Below are positions 14,301-20,852 of a stretch of 64,000 nt of DNA, piece after piece. Positions within the stretch are counted from its first letter, which is position 1; the number at the start of each line of letters is the position of its first letter. The translations under genes and the position numbers were made by a program. A model generated the notes under the pieces. The model had not been told where the DNA came from, made no database searches, and saw nothing but the letters and a program-made list of their open reading frames with translations. This stretch comes from an uncultured bacterium (lineage in GTDB: Bacteria > Oederibacteriota > PGYV01 > CAWJRG01): the NCBI GenBank assembly GCA_963845185.1, contig CAWJRG010000009.1, positions 480,001-544,000 of the forward strand, in the 5' to 3' direction.

Positions 14301-15071
14301 TGGACGCTGCTGGCAAATGTGGCGCCGACAGCAGGGACAACGTCATATACCTACGCGGACGCGTCAGGCAATACATATATATTCTACCTTGTGACAGCGC
14401 AAAACAGCGCAGGCGAGGGCAAGCCTTCGGCCATGGGCGCGAAAGTAATAATGCAGTTTAATTATGTGGCAGGCACGACAAACACATACAGGGTATCGCT
14501 GCCGTATGTCTCCAAGTACACAAAGGCATCGGACATAGTGACTGACATAGAGGGGTCATTAAGCACAGACGCAAAAATCAACAGGATTGCGTTATGGGAT
14601 CATATTAACCAGGTATATAACCCGTACTCATATAAAATGGGCACATGGATAGGGACAAACTGGGCAGTTGACGCAGGCACGCCGTCATCCAACGCGTTTG
14701 CCGCGTACACCATGTCAAGTTTCGCATGGACAGTGGCAGGGACAGACACAAGCGCAGGGCTTGGGTTCACGTACAATGGCGCCATGACCAACGGCAATGT
14801 AAGGATGCTGCCGTACACAGGGATTTACACCAAGGCCTCGGACATAGTGACTGACATTGAAGGCGGCACAGGGCCGGGGACAAACACAAAAATCAACAGG
14901 ATAGCGGTATGGGACAGCGTAAACCAGATTTATGTGCCGTATTCATACAAGGCGTCAATGAACGGATGGGTCGGGACAGATTCGCAGATACTGCCGGGCA
15001 TGGCAGTGGACATATATTTAAGCGGGAACACAGGGGTATTTACATGGACCCCGAAAATGGTAACACCATAA
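3..15071 (+). CDS. Giant repetitive surface protein/adhesin, 5'-partial (>5000 aa in window): octad repeat blocks, two parallel beta-helix regions, two LamG-like domains, FN3-like domain, duplicated C-terminal domain
   Basis: The frame of the 858..15071 ORF is open back to position 3 (ACT TCA ACA GCG ATA GTA...), so the ATG at 858 is internal. Beta-helix regions begin IVNVD.D.DG.PGSVTPG.NTLRQCINEAN (~5356, ~11794) and are rich in GN.IG/ISGN. Two near-identical domains carry WHHVIISWDG..FNGYWDG (~10080, ~11005). Confidence 0.85.
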   Translation, partial: TSTAIVVATQTAAVQQTQTEVANETATAAVQQTQTEVANETATAIVVATQTAAVQQTQTEVANETATAIVVATQTAAVQQTQTEVANETATAIVVATQTAAVQQTQTEVAQETATAAVQQTQTEVANETATAIVVATQTAAVQQTQTEVANETATAIEVATQTAAVQQTQTEVANETATAIVVATQTAAVQQTQTEVANETATAIVVATQTAAVQQTQTEVANETATAIVVATQTAAVQQTQTEVANETATAIVVATQTAAVQQTQTEIANETATAIVVATQTAAMQQTQTEIANETATAIVVETSTAAVQQTQTEVANETSTAIVVATQTAAVQQTQTEVANETATAIVVATQTAAVQQTQTEVAQETATAAVQQTQTEIANETATAIVVATQTAAVQQTQTEVANETATAIEVATQTAAVQQTQTEVANETATAIVVATQTAAVQQTQTEIANETATAIVVATQTAAVQQTQTEVANETATAIVVATQTAAVQQTQTEVANETATAIVVATQTAAVQQTQTEVANETATAIVVATQTAAVQQTQTEVANETATAIVVETSTAAVQQTQTEVANETSTAIVVATQTAAVQQTQTEVANETATAIVVATQTAAVQQTQTEVANETATAIVVATQTAAVQQTQTEVANETATAIVVATQTAAVQQTQTEVANETATAIVVATQTAAVQQTQTEIANETATAIVVATQTAAVQQTQTEVANETATAAVQQTQTEVANETATAIVVATQTAAVQQTQTEVANETATAIVVATQTAAIQQTETEVANETATAIVVATQTAAVQQTQTEVANETATAIVVATQTAAVQQTQTEVANETATAIVVATQTAAVQQTQTEVANETATAIVVETQTAAVQQTQTEIANETATAIVVATQTAAVQQTQTEVANETATAIVVETSTAAVQQTQTEVANETATAIVVATQTAAVQQTQTEVANETATAIVVATQTAAVQQTQTEVANETATAIVVATQTAAVQQTQTEIANETATAIVVETSTAAVQQTQTEVANETATAIVVETQTAAVQQTQTEIANETATAIVVATQTAAIQQTETEVANETATAIVVETSTAAVQQTQTEIANETATAIVVETQTAAVQQTQTEVANETATAIVVATQTAAVQQTQTEVANETATAIVVATQTAAVQQTQTEVANETATAIVVETSTAAVQQTQTEVANETATAIVVATQTAAIQQTQTEIANETATAIVVATQTAAVQQTQTEVANETATAAVQQTQTEVANETATAIVVATQTAAIQQTETEVANETATAIVVATQTAAIQQTETEVANETATAIVVATQTAAVQQTQTEVANETATAIVVETQTAAVQQTQTEVANETATAIVVETSTAAVQQTQTEIANETATAIVVETSTAAVQQTQTEIANETATAIVVATQTAAVQQTQTEVANETATAIVVETSTAAVQQTQTEIANETATAIVVETSTAAVQQTQTEVANETATAIVVATQTAAVQQTQTEIANETATAIVVATQTAAIQQTETEVANETATAIVVATQTAAVQQTQTEIANETATAIVVATQTAAVQQTQTEIANETATAIVVETSTAAVQQTQTEIANETATAIVVETQTAAVQQTQTEVANETATAIVVETSTAAVQQTQTEVANETATAIVVETQTAAVQQTQTEIANETATAIVVATQTAAVQQTETEVANETATAIVVETSTAAVQQTQTEIANETATAIVVATQTAAVQQTQTEIANETATAIVVATQTAAVQQTQTELVQETQTAIIQATQTAIVQATQTALAGPLIVNVDADDDGLPGSVTPGANTLRQCINEANTRTGPVSISFDTIIAGTTITLTTGDLPLISNANITLTIDGGNNNITINGNGNNIFNITSNNNVIYNLAMINGIQGVLISGTGAYSNIISECRIGVDWNNNAGANTNGVVINNGADENQIGMYVLGMAYGNIISNNTNDGVLIDGANVNWVLNNFIGTDPTGMSPMPNGANGVHLTNGAFNNTIGYYDPSTGNMGNLISGNGYDGILIENGAEDTGVFTNIIGGNVGVSTENIGSAGTLPNGYNGIEISGVDAEDDGADYTGIGNYDPDTMAYDQPGNTIVANANSGIYATNNSSWVYTGGNSIGVMFGNMAAGNVQAGISIDSNSYDNYINSNLISGQSSENAVGIEINSSTGCNIYSNIIGLDAPASVPVPNFEGIYLLNASNVQVGQQGNTAAANIIAANMTQGILFDGGSSNGIYGNYIGTDLYLDSGLGNSEGIAFIDGTTNNEVGGGVGSGDENYILYNTVKGIQIGSSASDIGTMFNYINSNYISGNNGLGIDLGNDSITVNGSETPPGPNNWTYYPTIANAYMSGPNTLHIDGDTNITDGNNMGVVIGISDNDGQLGSDNMNHGESPQPLAYVAVTGGTFSVDIDTSAFGDLSGMAITSYNIHNNGSSEFSANMTILSAPVATQTEVANETATAIVQATQTAVVQATQTAVVAGTQTAVVVATQTEVANETATAIIQATQTAAVQQTQTEVANETATAIVVATQTAAIQQTQTEIANETATAIVVATQTAAVQQTQTEVANETATAAVQQTQTEVANETATAIVVATQTAAVQQTQTEVANETATAIVVATQTAAVQQTQTEIANETSTIVAQATQTAAVQQTQTEVANETATAIVVATQTAAIQQTQTEIANETATAIVVATQTAAVQQTQTEVANETATAAVQQTQTEVANETATAIVVATQTAAVQQTQTEVANETATAIVVATQTAAVQQTQTEIANETSTIVAQATQTAAVQQTQTEVANETATAIVVATQTAAIQQTQTEIANETATAIVVATQTAAVQQTQTEVANETATAAVQQTQTEVANETATAAAQQTQTEVANETATAIVVATQTAAVQQTQTEIANETATAIVVATQTAAVQQTQTEIANETATAIVVATQTAAVQQTQTEVANETATAIVVATQTAAVQQTQTEVANETATAIVVATQTAAVQQTQTEVANETSTAIVVATQTAAVQQTQTEVANETATAIVVATQTAAVQQTQTEVANETSTAIVVATQTAAVQQTQTEVANETATAIVVATQTAAVQQTQTEVANETATAAVQQTQTEVANETATAIVVATQTAAVQQTQTEVANETATAIVVATQTAAVQQTETEVANETATAIVQATQTAAVQQTETEVANETATAIVVATQTAAVQQTQTEVANETATAIVVATQTAAVQQTETEVANETATAIVQATQTAAVQQTQTEVANETSTAIVVATQTAAVQQTQTEVANETATAIVIATNTEIANETATAIIQGTQTAVVQQTQTEIANETATEQSNETATQAAASPTITMTETVTLTITITPTYTITETITVSPTTTQTKTYIQSCWDSNTLHHWDCFNTSGGKLVDDLAGANAPITGTLAFSNTIVPPHAWAVGSCSAQSNVSNYFSLPINDEMAGMTAFQIDFDVYMQASADQFQGFFSKGTYYDGNRFESDMDTSTGNWRYFITGQGGQVMSDVWDAGTQDSTWHHVIISWDGTNFNGYWDGIHYIVNVPSGNPFVNGDTNTWNWAIADASFVGGNLTFKGYVSEIIISNKDRGGVANAPVCAYPTFTMTRTITPNVSATATPSITLTQTQVISATPTYTATGTETEFVSETTTYTATESPIASETPTYTITQTITVSPTTTQTKTYIQSCWDSHTLHHWNCYNTSGGALVDDIAGANATIAGTLAFSSGILPPHSWAVGSCSAQSNVNNYFSLPVNDEMAGMTAFQIDFDVYMQASADQFQAFFAKGTYYDGNRFESDIDTSSGNWRYFVTYEGGQVTSDVWDAGTQDSTWHHVIISWDGANFNGYWDGTHYIVNVPSGNPFVTGDTTLWKWATGDASFVGGNLAFNGYISEITISNIDRNGAANVPICTYPTWTYTQTVTPTYTITSTVTSTVTSTVTVTSTPILSLIVNVDSDEDGMPGSVTPGDNTLRQCINEANILAGPITITFDPIIANTTINIGSDLPVIYNTNITLTIDGGSSGIVVNGNSNRIFSIISSNNIIDNLAIVGGYWGVLISGQSGATGNMIFGCNIGVDWKNNAVANQYGVVLENGASENYIGMNSGSGIAYGNIISGNTYDGVYIDGSSNNWVVNNFIGTDSTGMTAIPNGYDGVHLADSAYNNTVGYYDQTLGNMGNVISGNMDDGIYIENGSENTGVFANVIGGNAGVLVGNSATAGQLANGYNGVEISQVDAEGDGADYTGIGNYNPDTGLYDQPGNTIMANTSTGIYISNYSSMVFAGSNSIGVIFGNTAAGNGSAGIAIDSNAYDNYIQSNLISGQGNTGAVGIGISGTNGYIYQNIIGLDSSMSTEVPNFAGIYLNGASYVQIGQQGNAASANIISGNTTQGILLDNGTVYTGIYGNYIGTDSNYDNFGNAQEGIAIINGSSNNQIGGGLGSGDENYILDNLTGGVIIGASPLDTAAVGNMVDSNYISNNNGLGIDLGNDGITVNGSEPASGPNNFVYYPAINNAQMTGPATLHVDGDTNITDGSDIGVIIGISDNDGQQGHGECMHPIAYVDMTANGGGGAFSADIDTSAIGDLSGLTITSYNINNSGSSEFSANAVVLAIQPSATSTITETLTPTLTITITLTSTSTEIDTSTNTPVNTATATPTEYDSATMTVTMTATSTEIDTSTNTPVNTATATLTEFDSATVTYTMTSTSTEIDTSTNTPVDTATATPTEYDSATMTVTETCTIGATPMVPAGLSVTQSGANTTLQWGTAGDAVSYNIYIATGAAGKFNTFPGAGWTLLANVAPTAGTTSYTYADASGNTYIFYLVTAQNSAGEGKPSAMGAKVIMQFNYVAGTTNTYRVSLPYVSKYTKASDIVTDIEGSLSTDAKINRIALWDHINQVYNPYSYKMGTWIGTNWAVDAGTPSSNAFAAYTMSSFAWTVAGTDTSAGLGFTYNGAMTNGNVRMLPYTGIYTKASDIVTDIEGGTGPGTNTKINRIAVWDSVNQIYVPYSYKASMNGWVGTDSQILPGMAVDIYLSGNTGVFTWTPKMVTP
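7328..9965 (+). repeat. Coding tandem repeat block 2, same octad family, containing a 408-bp higher-order repeat
   Basis: AACGAAACAGCTACAGCGATAGTGGTAGCGACGCAA recurs at 7545, 7953 and 8361. Confidence 0.93.
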
Positions 15072-15092
15072 CATGATAACGGAGAGATAATC

Positions 15093-16532
15093 ATGAAAAA
15101 AACATTATTATTTTTGCTTATTGCGGGAATGATTTCAGTAAGCTCGCTATACGCATCGGAATATTATCTGTACGGCGAGGTTTTTGACGCGTCGGGCAGC
15201 TCGGGCACAGCGGCTACGGCAAACAGCTTTGGCATGCTGCAGGCATACAGGCTTGGGATAGCCGGGCAGATAGGGCTGCAGAACGAGAACCCCGGGAACC
15301 AGATATACGCGGCAAACGGGACGTTGCCGGCGTATTATGACACTGACGTTGGAGACGCGCAGTGGACAACGCCGCCGGCAGTGGGGCAGATAGCGATATT
15401 GGTCATAGAAGTTTTCAGCCCGCTGTTCGGCTGGACAGGGGACAGCTACGTGGCATGCACGGAAACAGTCATATCGAGTGATGACGTGAATATCAACCAG
15501 GAAACAGATTTCAGCAACCTGGGACTCAAGGTAATACCGACTCCGGCGATAATATCGCAGGGCGCAAACCAGATAACAATAGGATTCACAGGCATAGACA
15601 TGGATTTAATTCAGAGCTACACGCTGTACAGGGGGACGACGCCTACGTTCACAACTGCCACGGCAACTGCAGTTGCGGTAATACCGCAGAACAGGAATAA
15701 CGCGATACAGTACACGGACAACACCGGGCTGGTGTACGGGACTACATATTATTACAAGATATTGGTAGATTTCACGTGGGGCGGGGGAGGCGGCGCGCCT
15801 GCGTATTACGAAACAAACGCGACGTCAGCGGCAAGCAGCCCTGCAGTAATGGCAACATACACACCCTCGGCCACTGCCACATTATTCATATCAGAAACGC
15901 CGACATACACTGCTACAGGCACGCCGACAATGACACAAACAACGTTCTTATCCGATACGCCGACATTTACCCTGACAATGACAGCGACATTATTTTTGTC
16001 TGAAACCCAGACATGCACGGCTACAGGGACGCCGACGTACACAGTTACCATGACTTATACAAACACGCCGGTGAATACAGCAACAGACACACCGGTGAAT
16101 ACAGCGACTAACACGCCAATAGATACGGCGACAGACACTTATACTGTTACAGCGACAGACACGGTGACATCAACCATTACACAGACGACAACCATAACGC
16201 TGACATCAACCATAACAAGCACGTTCACGGCGACACCGCTTGTAACCGATACGCCTACGCCGCCTGTAACGTCCGGGTCCATAGCATACCCGCAGCCTGC
16301 CGCGAATACAATCACATTTGCGTATAACCTTCCAACGCCGTCAAGCGTAAAGATATATGTGTACAACCTGATAGGAGTTGAGGTGGCAGTTTTTGAAGGT
16401 GCTCCGGGCAATAACCCTGCAACTGTAACATGCGACATAAGCAAATTCGCGCCGGGGATGTATTTCTACATAATAAAAGCGCCTGACATAGGCGTGAAGT
16501 TCGCAGTAAATAAATTTGAAGTGGAAAAATAG
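15093..16532 (+). CDS. Secreted protein with FN3-like domain, Thr/Pro linker and T9SS type A-like C-terminal sorting domain
   Basis: Signal peptide MKKTLLFLLIAG; YTDNTGLVYGTTYYY; C-terminus IAYPQPA...IYVYNLIG...APGMYFYII...KFEVEK; RBS GGAG. Confidence 0.8.
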   Translation: MKKTLLFLLIAGMISVSSLYASEYYLYGEVFDASGSSGTAATANSFGMLQAYRLGIAGQIGLQNENPGNQIYAANGTLPAYYDTDVGDAQWTTPPAVGQIAILVIEVFSPLFGWTGDSYVACTETVISSDDVNINQETDFSNLGLKVIPTPAIISQGANQITIGFTGIDMDLIQSYTLYRGTTPTFTTATATAVAVIPQNRNNAIQYTDNTGLVYGTTYYYKILVDFTWGGGGGAPAYYETNATSAASSPAVMATYTPSATATLFISETPTYTATGTPTMTQTTFLSDTPTFTLTMTATLFLSETQTCTATGTPTYTVTMTYTNTPVNTATDTPVNTATNTPIDTATDTYTVTATDTVTSTITQTTTITLTSTITSTFTATPLVTDTPTPPVTSGSIAYPQPAANTITFAYNLPTPSSVKIYVYNLIGVEVAVFEGAPGNNPATVTCDISKFAPGMYFYIIKAPDIGVKFAVNKFEVEK

Positions 16533-16541
16533 GAGGCAGCC

Positions 16542-17798
16542 ATGAAAAAGACATTAATTGTAATTGCAATGACGGTTCTCGCGGCAGCTTCCTCTTTTGC
16601 CGCGGTAAATGACAGCGCTTCAATAATGTTCCCGATGCTTGACATGGGCGTGGGCGCGAGGGCGCTCGGAATGGGCGAGGCTTACACGGCCGTTGCCAGC
16701 GACGCCAGCGCCATATACTGGAACGCGGCCGGGCTTGGGAACCTGAAGAACATACAGCTGGGGCTTACGTACGACAAGTGGTTTATGGATACCTACTTCA
16801 GCCAGATATTATTTGCATGCCCGCTTCCCCAGGGCACAATAGGCGCGGACATTGTTTACCTGAGCCTTGGCTCGCTGCAGGGCAGGGACAGCTCAGGAGC
16901 AACTACCAGGGACTATAACCCTTATAACATGGGAGGCAGCCTGGCATACGGCGTCAACCTGGGCGATGTTTCAGCCGGATTGACCCTGGAAATGCTGAGC
17001 CAGTCCACGGGGACGCTTACCAGCATGGGCCTGGGAGCGAATGCAGGCGTTTTATACACAAAAGGCATTTTTTCAGCCGGGCTTAATATCCAGAATATAG
17101 GTAACTCGAGCAGCGGAAGCGGATACACCCTGCCGACTAATATAAGGGCAGGCGTTGCCCTGAAACTGCTGGATACAACCCAGAACAGCCTGCTTGCCGC
17201 GCTTGACACGCAGTATCTTTTCAATGACGCAGATTATATGAGCCTGGGCGCGGAATATGTTTATGACCAGACGCTTGCGCTGAGGGTCGGATACAAAATG
17301 GGGCTCAAGCAGACAGACCTTGAAGGCATGATAGGGATAAGCGGTGGCGTAGGGTTAAAACTGGCAAATCTGAGCATCGATTACGCGATAGTACCGTACG
17401 GGGACCTTGGCACAACCCAGTGGATGATGCTGACATACGCTTTCGGCAACCAGCCGGCAGCAAAGCCGGCAGAGACAGCTGCGCCGGAAAAGGCAAAGCA
17501 AACAGCAAATATTGCCCCTGCGGGGTATAATAATAAAGTTGACCTCCTCAGCGAGGGCATGAAACTTGAAAAACAGGGCAAGATTAAAACGGCAATGCTC
17601 AAGTACAGCCAGGCAGTTACAGTTGACGGCAAAAACGCAGAAGCATGGAAGCGCCTCGGATATTTATATAAAAGCCAGGGGGACAAAGCCAATGCCGTCG
17701 CATGCCTTGAGACCTATTTAAAGCTCAAACCTACGGACAAGAAAACAGCGGCAATGCTGAAAAAATACAAAAAACAAAAAGCCAAGGCGGCAAAATAG
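16542..17798 (+). CDS. PorV/PorQ-like (UPF0164-type) outer-membrane beta-barrel with C-terminal TPR
   Basis: GVGARALGMGEAYTAVASDASAIYWNAAGL motif, LRVGY, IDYA..PYGDLG; TPR-like tail AEAWKRLGYLY...YLKLKP; RBS AGGAGG. Confidence 0.8.
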   Translation: MKKTLIVIAMTVLAAASSFAAVNDSASIMFPMLDMGVGARALGMGEAYTAVASDASAIYWNAAGLGNLKNIQLGLTYDKWFMDTYFSQILFACPLPQGTIGADIVYLSLGSLQGRDSSGATTRDYNPYNMGGSLAYGVNLGDVSAGLTLEMLSQSTGTLTSMGLGANAGVLYTKGIFSAGLNIQNIGNSSSGSGYTLPTNIRAGVALKLLDTTQNSLLAALDTQYLFNDADYMSLGAEYVYDQTLALRVGYKMGLKQTDLEGMIGISGGVGLKLANLSIDYAIVPYGDLGTTQWMMLTYAFGNQPAAKPAETAAPEKAKQTANIAPAGYNNKVDLLSEGMKLEKQGKIKTAMLKYSQAVTVDGKNAEAWKRLGYLYKSQGDKANAVACLETYLKLKPTDKKTAAMLKKYKKQKAKAAK

Positions 17799-17901
17799 CT
17801 TATTTAATCCCACACGGGAAATTTTTCTTCATAATTTTTTTCATGCCAACCACGATGATTACACAAAACCTGTTTGAATTTAAAACCCGTTGTGCTATCA
17901 T

Positions 17902-18200
17902 TATTTAAACCCTGACGAATCCACAGACTTTAGCCGGTTGTCGGGCGAATGTCCTGTACACTTTGTTGACCACTAACAAAGTTGGTAGTCTCCTCTCCCT
18001 CGACGGGAGAGGAAAAAGGAGAGGGTGAAGCAGCAGCAATAACTATTTAAATTAAGATAAAAGATAGAATGCGAAATAAGGGAAAGAGGTTTTGAATTCT
18101 AGCGTTGGCGTGAAGTAACATTGAATCAGCTGCTACCTCACCCTCATCCCGGCCTTCCCCCGTCGAGGGGGAAGGGGAAGTTTTTGAATCCTCCGATGAA
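17902..18200. repeat. ~300-bp palindromic dispersed repeat, copy 1, interrupted near its 3' end by the IS
   Basis: Aligns with 20517-20830; hairpins CCTCTCCCTCGACGGGAGAGG and CCTTCCCCCGTCGAGGGGGAAGG. Confidence 0.85.
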
Positions 18201-19830
18201 CAGACTGTGTCATAATGTTTTTGTAGTCTGAAACGATATTTGACAGATAAAAAATGGTATAATGTCTCCAGAAAACACATCAGAAAAGGAGACAAAAATG
18301 GCATACCGATATGGAGACCGAAGTCAGTTGACAATGTTTCCGCAGAGCATAGAAGAATATGTAGGGGAAGATGATCCTGTAAGGGCGTACGACGCGTTCG
18401 TAAAGGCGTTGAAAATGGAAGAACTTGGGATAGTAATAGATGAAACGCAAATGGGAAATTCGGAATACGACCCTGAGGCTATGATAAAATTGCTGGTATA
18501 CGGATATTCATACGGGACACGAAGTTCGAGAAAACTGGAAAGAGCGACGCATCATAATGTGTCTTTTATGTGGCTGCTGGGAGGATTGAAGCCGGATCAT
18601 AAAACAATAGCAAGGTTTCGAAAAGACAACCGGGAAATGTTGAAAAACGTGATGAAACAAAGCGCAAAGATGTGTATGAAACTGGGATTGATAGAAGGAA
18701 ACACGCTATTTGTAGACGGGAGCAAGATAAGGGCGAACGCGTCGATAAATAACACATGGACAATGGAGCGGTGTGAAAAAAGGATAAAGAAGATAGAAGA
18801 AAACATAGAAGCGATAATAAAGGAGAGCGAAAAGATAGACGAGGAAGAAAGCGGCGCTGAATCACTGGTAAAGATGAAGGAAAAATTAAGAGGCAAAGAG
18901 AAATTAAAAGCAAAGATAAAAGAGGTAATGGAAGAAATAAGGAACGAGGGGAAAAAGTCGATAAATACGACAGACAAGGAATGCGTGAAAGTAAAAGGGC
19001 GTCAGGGAACGCATGCGGGATATAACGGGCAGATAGTGGTAGATGAAAGACACGGACTGATAGTGCATAGCGACGTAGTAAACGAAAGCAATGACCGCAA
19101 GCAATTCGGGAGTCAGATTGAAGAAGCGGCGAAAACAGTTGAAAACAAATGCAAAAATGCGTGTGGGGATGCCGGATATGCCAGCATAGAAGAAATGAAA
19201 AAGATACACGACAAAGACATAAATGTAATAGTACCTTCTCAGGAACAGGTAGAGAAAAAAGACATCGGGCCGTTTGGGAAAGATAAATTCCAATACGATT
19301 CAGAGAAAGATACCTACACTTGTCCCGAAGGACAGATATTGACATGGCATAGTTTTGATAAAAAAAAGAATCTTGAAGTATATAGGTCTACTGAAGAAAA
19401 GGCTTGTATAGAATGTAAAAACTTTGGAGTATGCACCCGGTCTCCGAAGGGCAGAATGATAAAGAGGCTAAAAAACGAAGAACTAAAAATATTGCTTGAA
19501 GAAAAATATAAAACAAAAGAATCGCAGGATATTTTCAAGTTGAGAAAAGAGAAAGCAGAGTTGCCGTTCGGACATATTAAAAGAAATCTTGGAGTAAGCG
19601 GGTTTCTGCTGCGAGGGCTTGAAGGAGCAAGAGCTGAGATGGCGTTGTTCACAAGTTGTTTCAATATGGCTCGAATGATAAGCATTGTAGGTGTCAGGGA
19701 GTTGATTGCGCAGCTTGGATAGCAAGAAACATCGGGCCACGCAGGTTTTTTGTATAAAACAGGATATTTTGTAGATTTTTTAATTTACCTACGGCAATCA
19801 GCTGTGGACGGAGACTTATGACACAGTCTG
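18201..19830 (+). mobile_element. IS1182-family insertion sequence (1630 bp)
   Basis: Perfect 15-bp terminal inverted repeats CAGACTGTGTCATAA (18201-18215 / 19816-19830), GAA direct repeat on both flanks, single transposase ORF. Confidence 0.9.
18298..19722 (+). CDS. IS1182-family DDE transposase
   Basis: YDPEAMIKLLVYGY, SSRKLE, PDHKTIARFR, VDGSKIRANAS, GDAGY, YTCPEG, ELPFGHIK; start moved to the ATG after RBS AAGGAG. Confidence 0.9.
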   Translation: MAYRYGDRSQLTMFPQSIEEYVGEDDPVRAYDAFVKALKMEELGIVIDETQMGNSEYDPEAMIKLLVYGYSYGTRSSRKLERATHHNVSFMWLLGGLKPDHKTIARFRKDNREMLKNVMKQSAKMCMKLGLIEGNTLFVDGSKIRANASINNTWTMERCEKRIKKIEENIEAIIKESEKIDEEESGAESLVKMKEKLRGKEKLKAKIKEVMEEIRNEGKKSINTTDKECVKVKGRQGTHAGYNGQIVVDERHGLIVHSDVVNESNDRKQFGSQIEEAAKTVENKCKNACGDAGYASIEEMKKIHDKDINVIVPSQEQVEKKDIGPFGKDKFQYDSEKDTYTCPEGQILTWHSFDKKKNLEVYRSTEEKACIECKNFGVCTRSPKGRMIKRLKNEELKILLEEKYKTKESQDIFKLRKEKAELPFGHIKRNLGVSGFLLRGLEGARAEMALFTSCFNMARMISIVGVRELIAQLG

Positions 19831-19887
19831 GAAGTCAGAGGTAATTTAGTTAAGCAATATATAAATACATTCCAGGCAGGTGCGGAG

Positions 19888-20508
19888 ATGCATCCAGTAA
19901 ATTATTTCGACCAGATACCGGCGCAGGCGTCAAAAGAAATGGTTTTCATACGCCTCGGCCGCAAAAAGAACATTGCCAAAATAGACGAAGCCCAGCAGCG
20001 GCAGCTCGACGAGGCAATCAGGGAAGGCGAACTGCTCTGCCGCGTCAAGGGCGCTTACATGACGGTCAAGGTAAGCGAGAAAAACAGCGAAAAAATAATA
20101 CTTGAAAACGGGATGATTTTTGAGAGCGGGAACCTTGCCGAGTGGATGTTTGACGCGGACGAGCTGGTGCTTATGGCCGCGACGGCAGGCAAAGAAGTCA
20201 TTGAGCGCAGGGACAAGGAAATTAATTCCGGCAACGCCATGCTCGGCGTGGTAATAGACGCGGTCGCCTCGGAAACAGCTGATGAAGGCCTGAACAGGCT
20301 GGAAGACATAATCAATAAAATGCTGGTAAAGCAGGGAAAGATACTCACAAAAAGGTATTCACCCGGCTACGGAGACCTGGCGCTGTCAGCGCAAAAGGAC
20401 ATTTATAATTTACTTAAGCTTGATAAAATCGGGATAACCATAACTGAAAGCATGATGCTTGAGCCGGAAAAGTCGGTAACGGCCATAGCGGGAGTCATAC
20501 CGATATAA
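19888..20508 (+). CDS. Stand-alone methionine synthase activation (reactivation) domain protein
   Basis: RYSPGYGDL...Q...LL....IGI..TES.ML.PEKSVTAI; adjacent to a MetH lacking this domain. Confidence 0.8.
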   Translation: MHPVNYFDQIPAQASKEMVFIRLGRKKNIAKIDEAQQRQLDEAIREGELLCRVKGAYMTVKVSEKNSEKIILENGMIFESGNLAEWMFDADELVLMAATAGKEVIERRDKEINSGNAMLGVVIDAVASETADEGLNRLEDIINKMLVKQGKILTKRYSPGYGDLALSAQKDIYNLLKLDKIGITITESMMLEPEKSVTAIAGVIPI

Positions 20509-20516
20509 ATCCGGGA

Positions 20517-20830
20517 TATTTAATCCCTAACGAATTCACCGACTTTAGCCGGAGATGGGGCGTAAGACGAAGGTCCCGCACCTTGTGGCCCCACCAATAA
20601 ATTTGCCGGATTCCTCTCCCTTGACGGGAGAGGAAAAAAGGAGAGGGTGAAGTAGCAGCAATAACTATGTAAATTAAGATAAAAGATAAAATGCGAAATG
20701 GGAAAAAGAAATTTTGGGATCTGATATTGGCGTGAGCGACACAGTATCAGCTGCTGCCTCACCCTCATCCCGGCCTTCCCCCGTCGAGGGGGAAGGGGAA
20801 GTTTTTGAATCCTCCGACGAAGTCTGAGTG
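20517..20830. repeat. ~300-bp palindromic dispersed repeat, copy 2 (uninterrupted)
   Basis: Aligns with 17902-18200 plus the bases after the IS (19834-19840). Confidence 0.85.
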
Positions 20831-20852
20831 ATTCAATCAGGCCGAGGTTAAG

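Noticed and set aside
20517..20830. SAM or cobalamin riboswitch upstream of metH
   Set aside because: No SAM-I core or B12-box consensus recognisable; the sequence is a duplicated palindromic repeat
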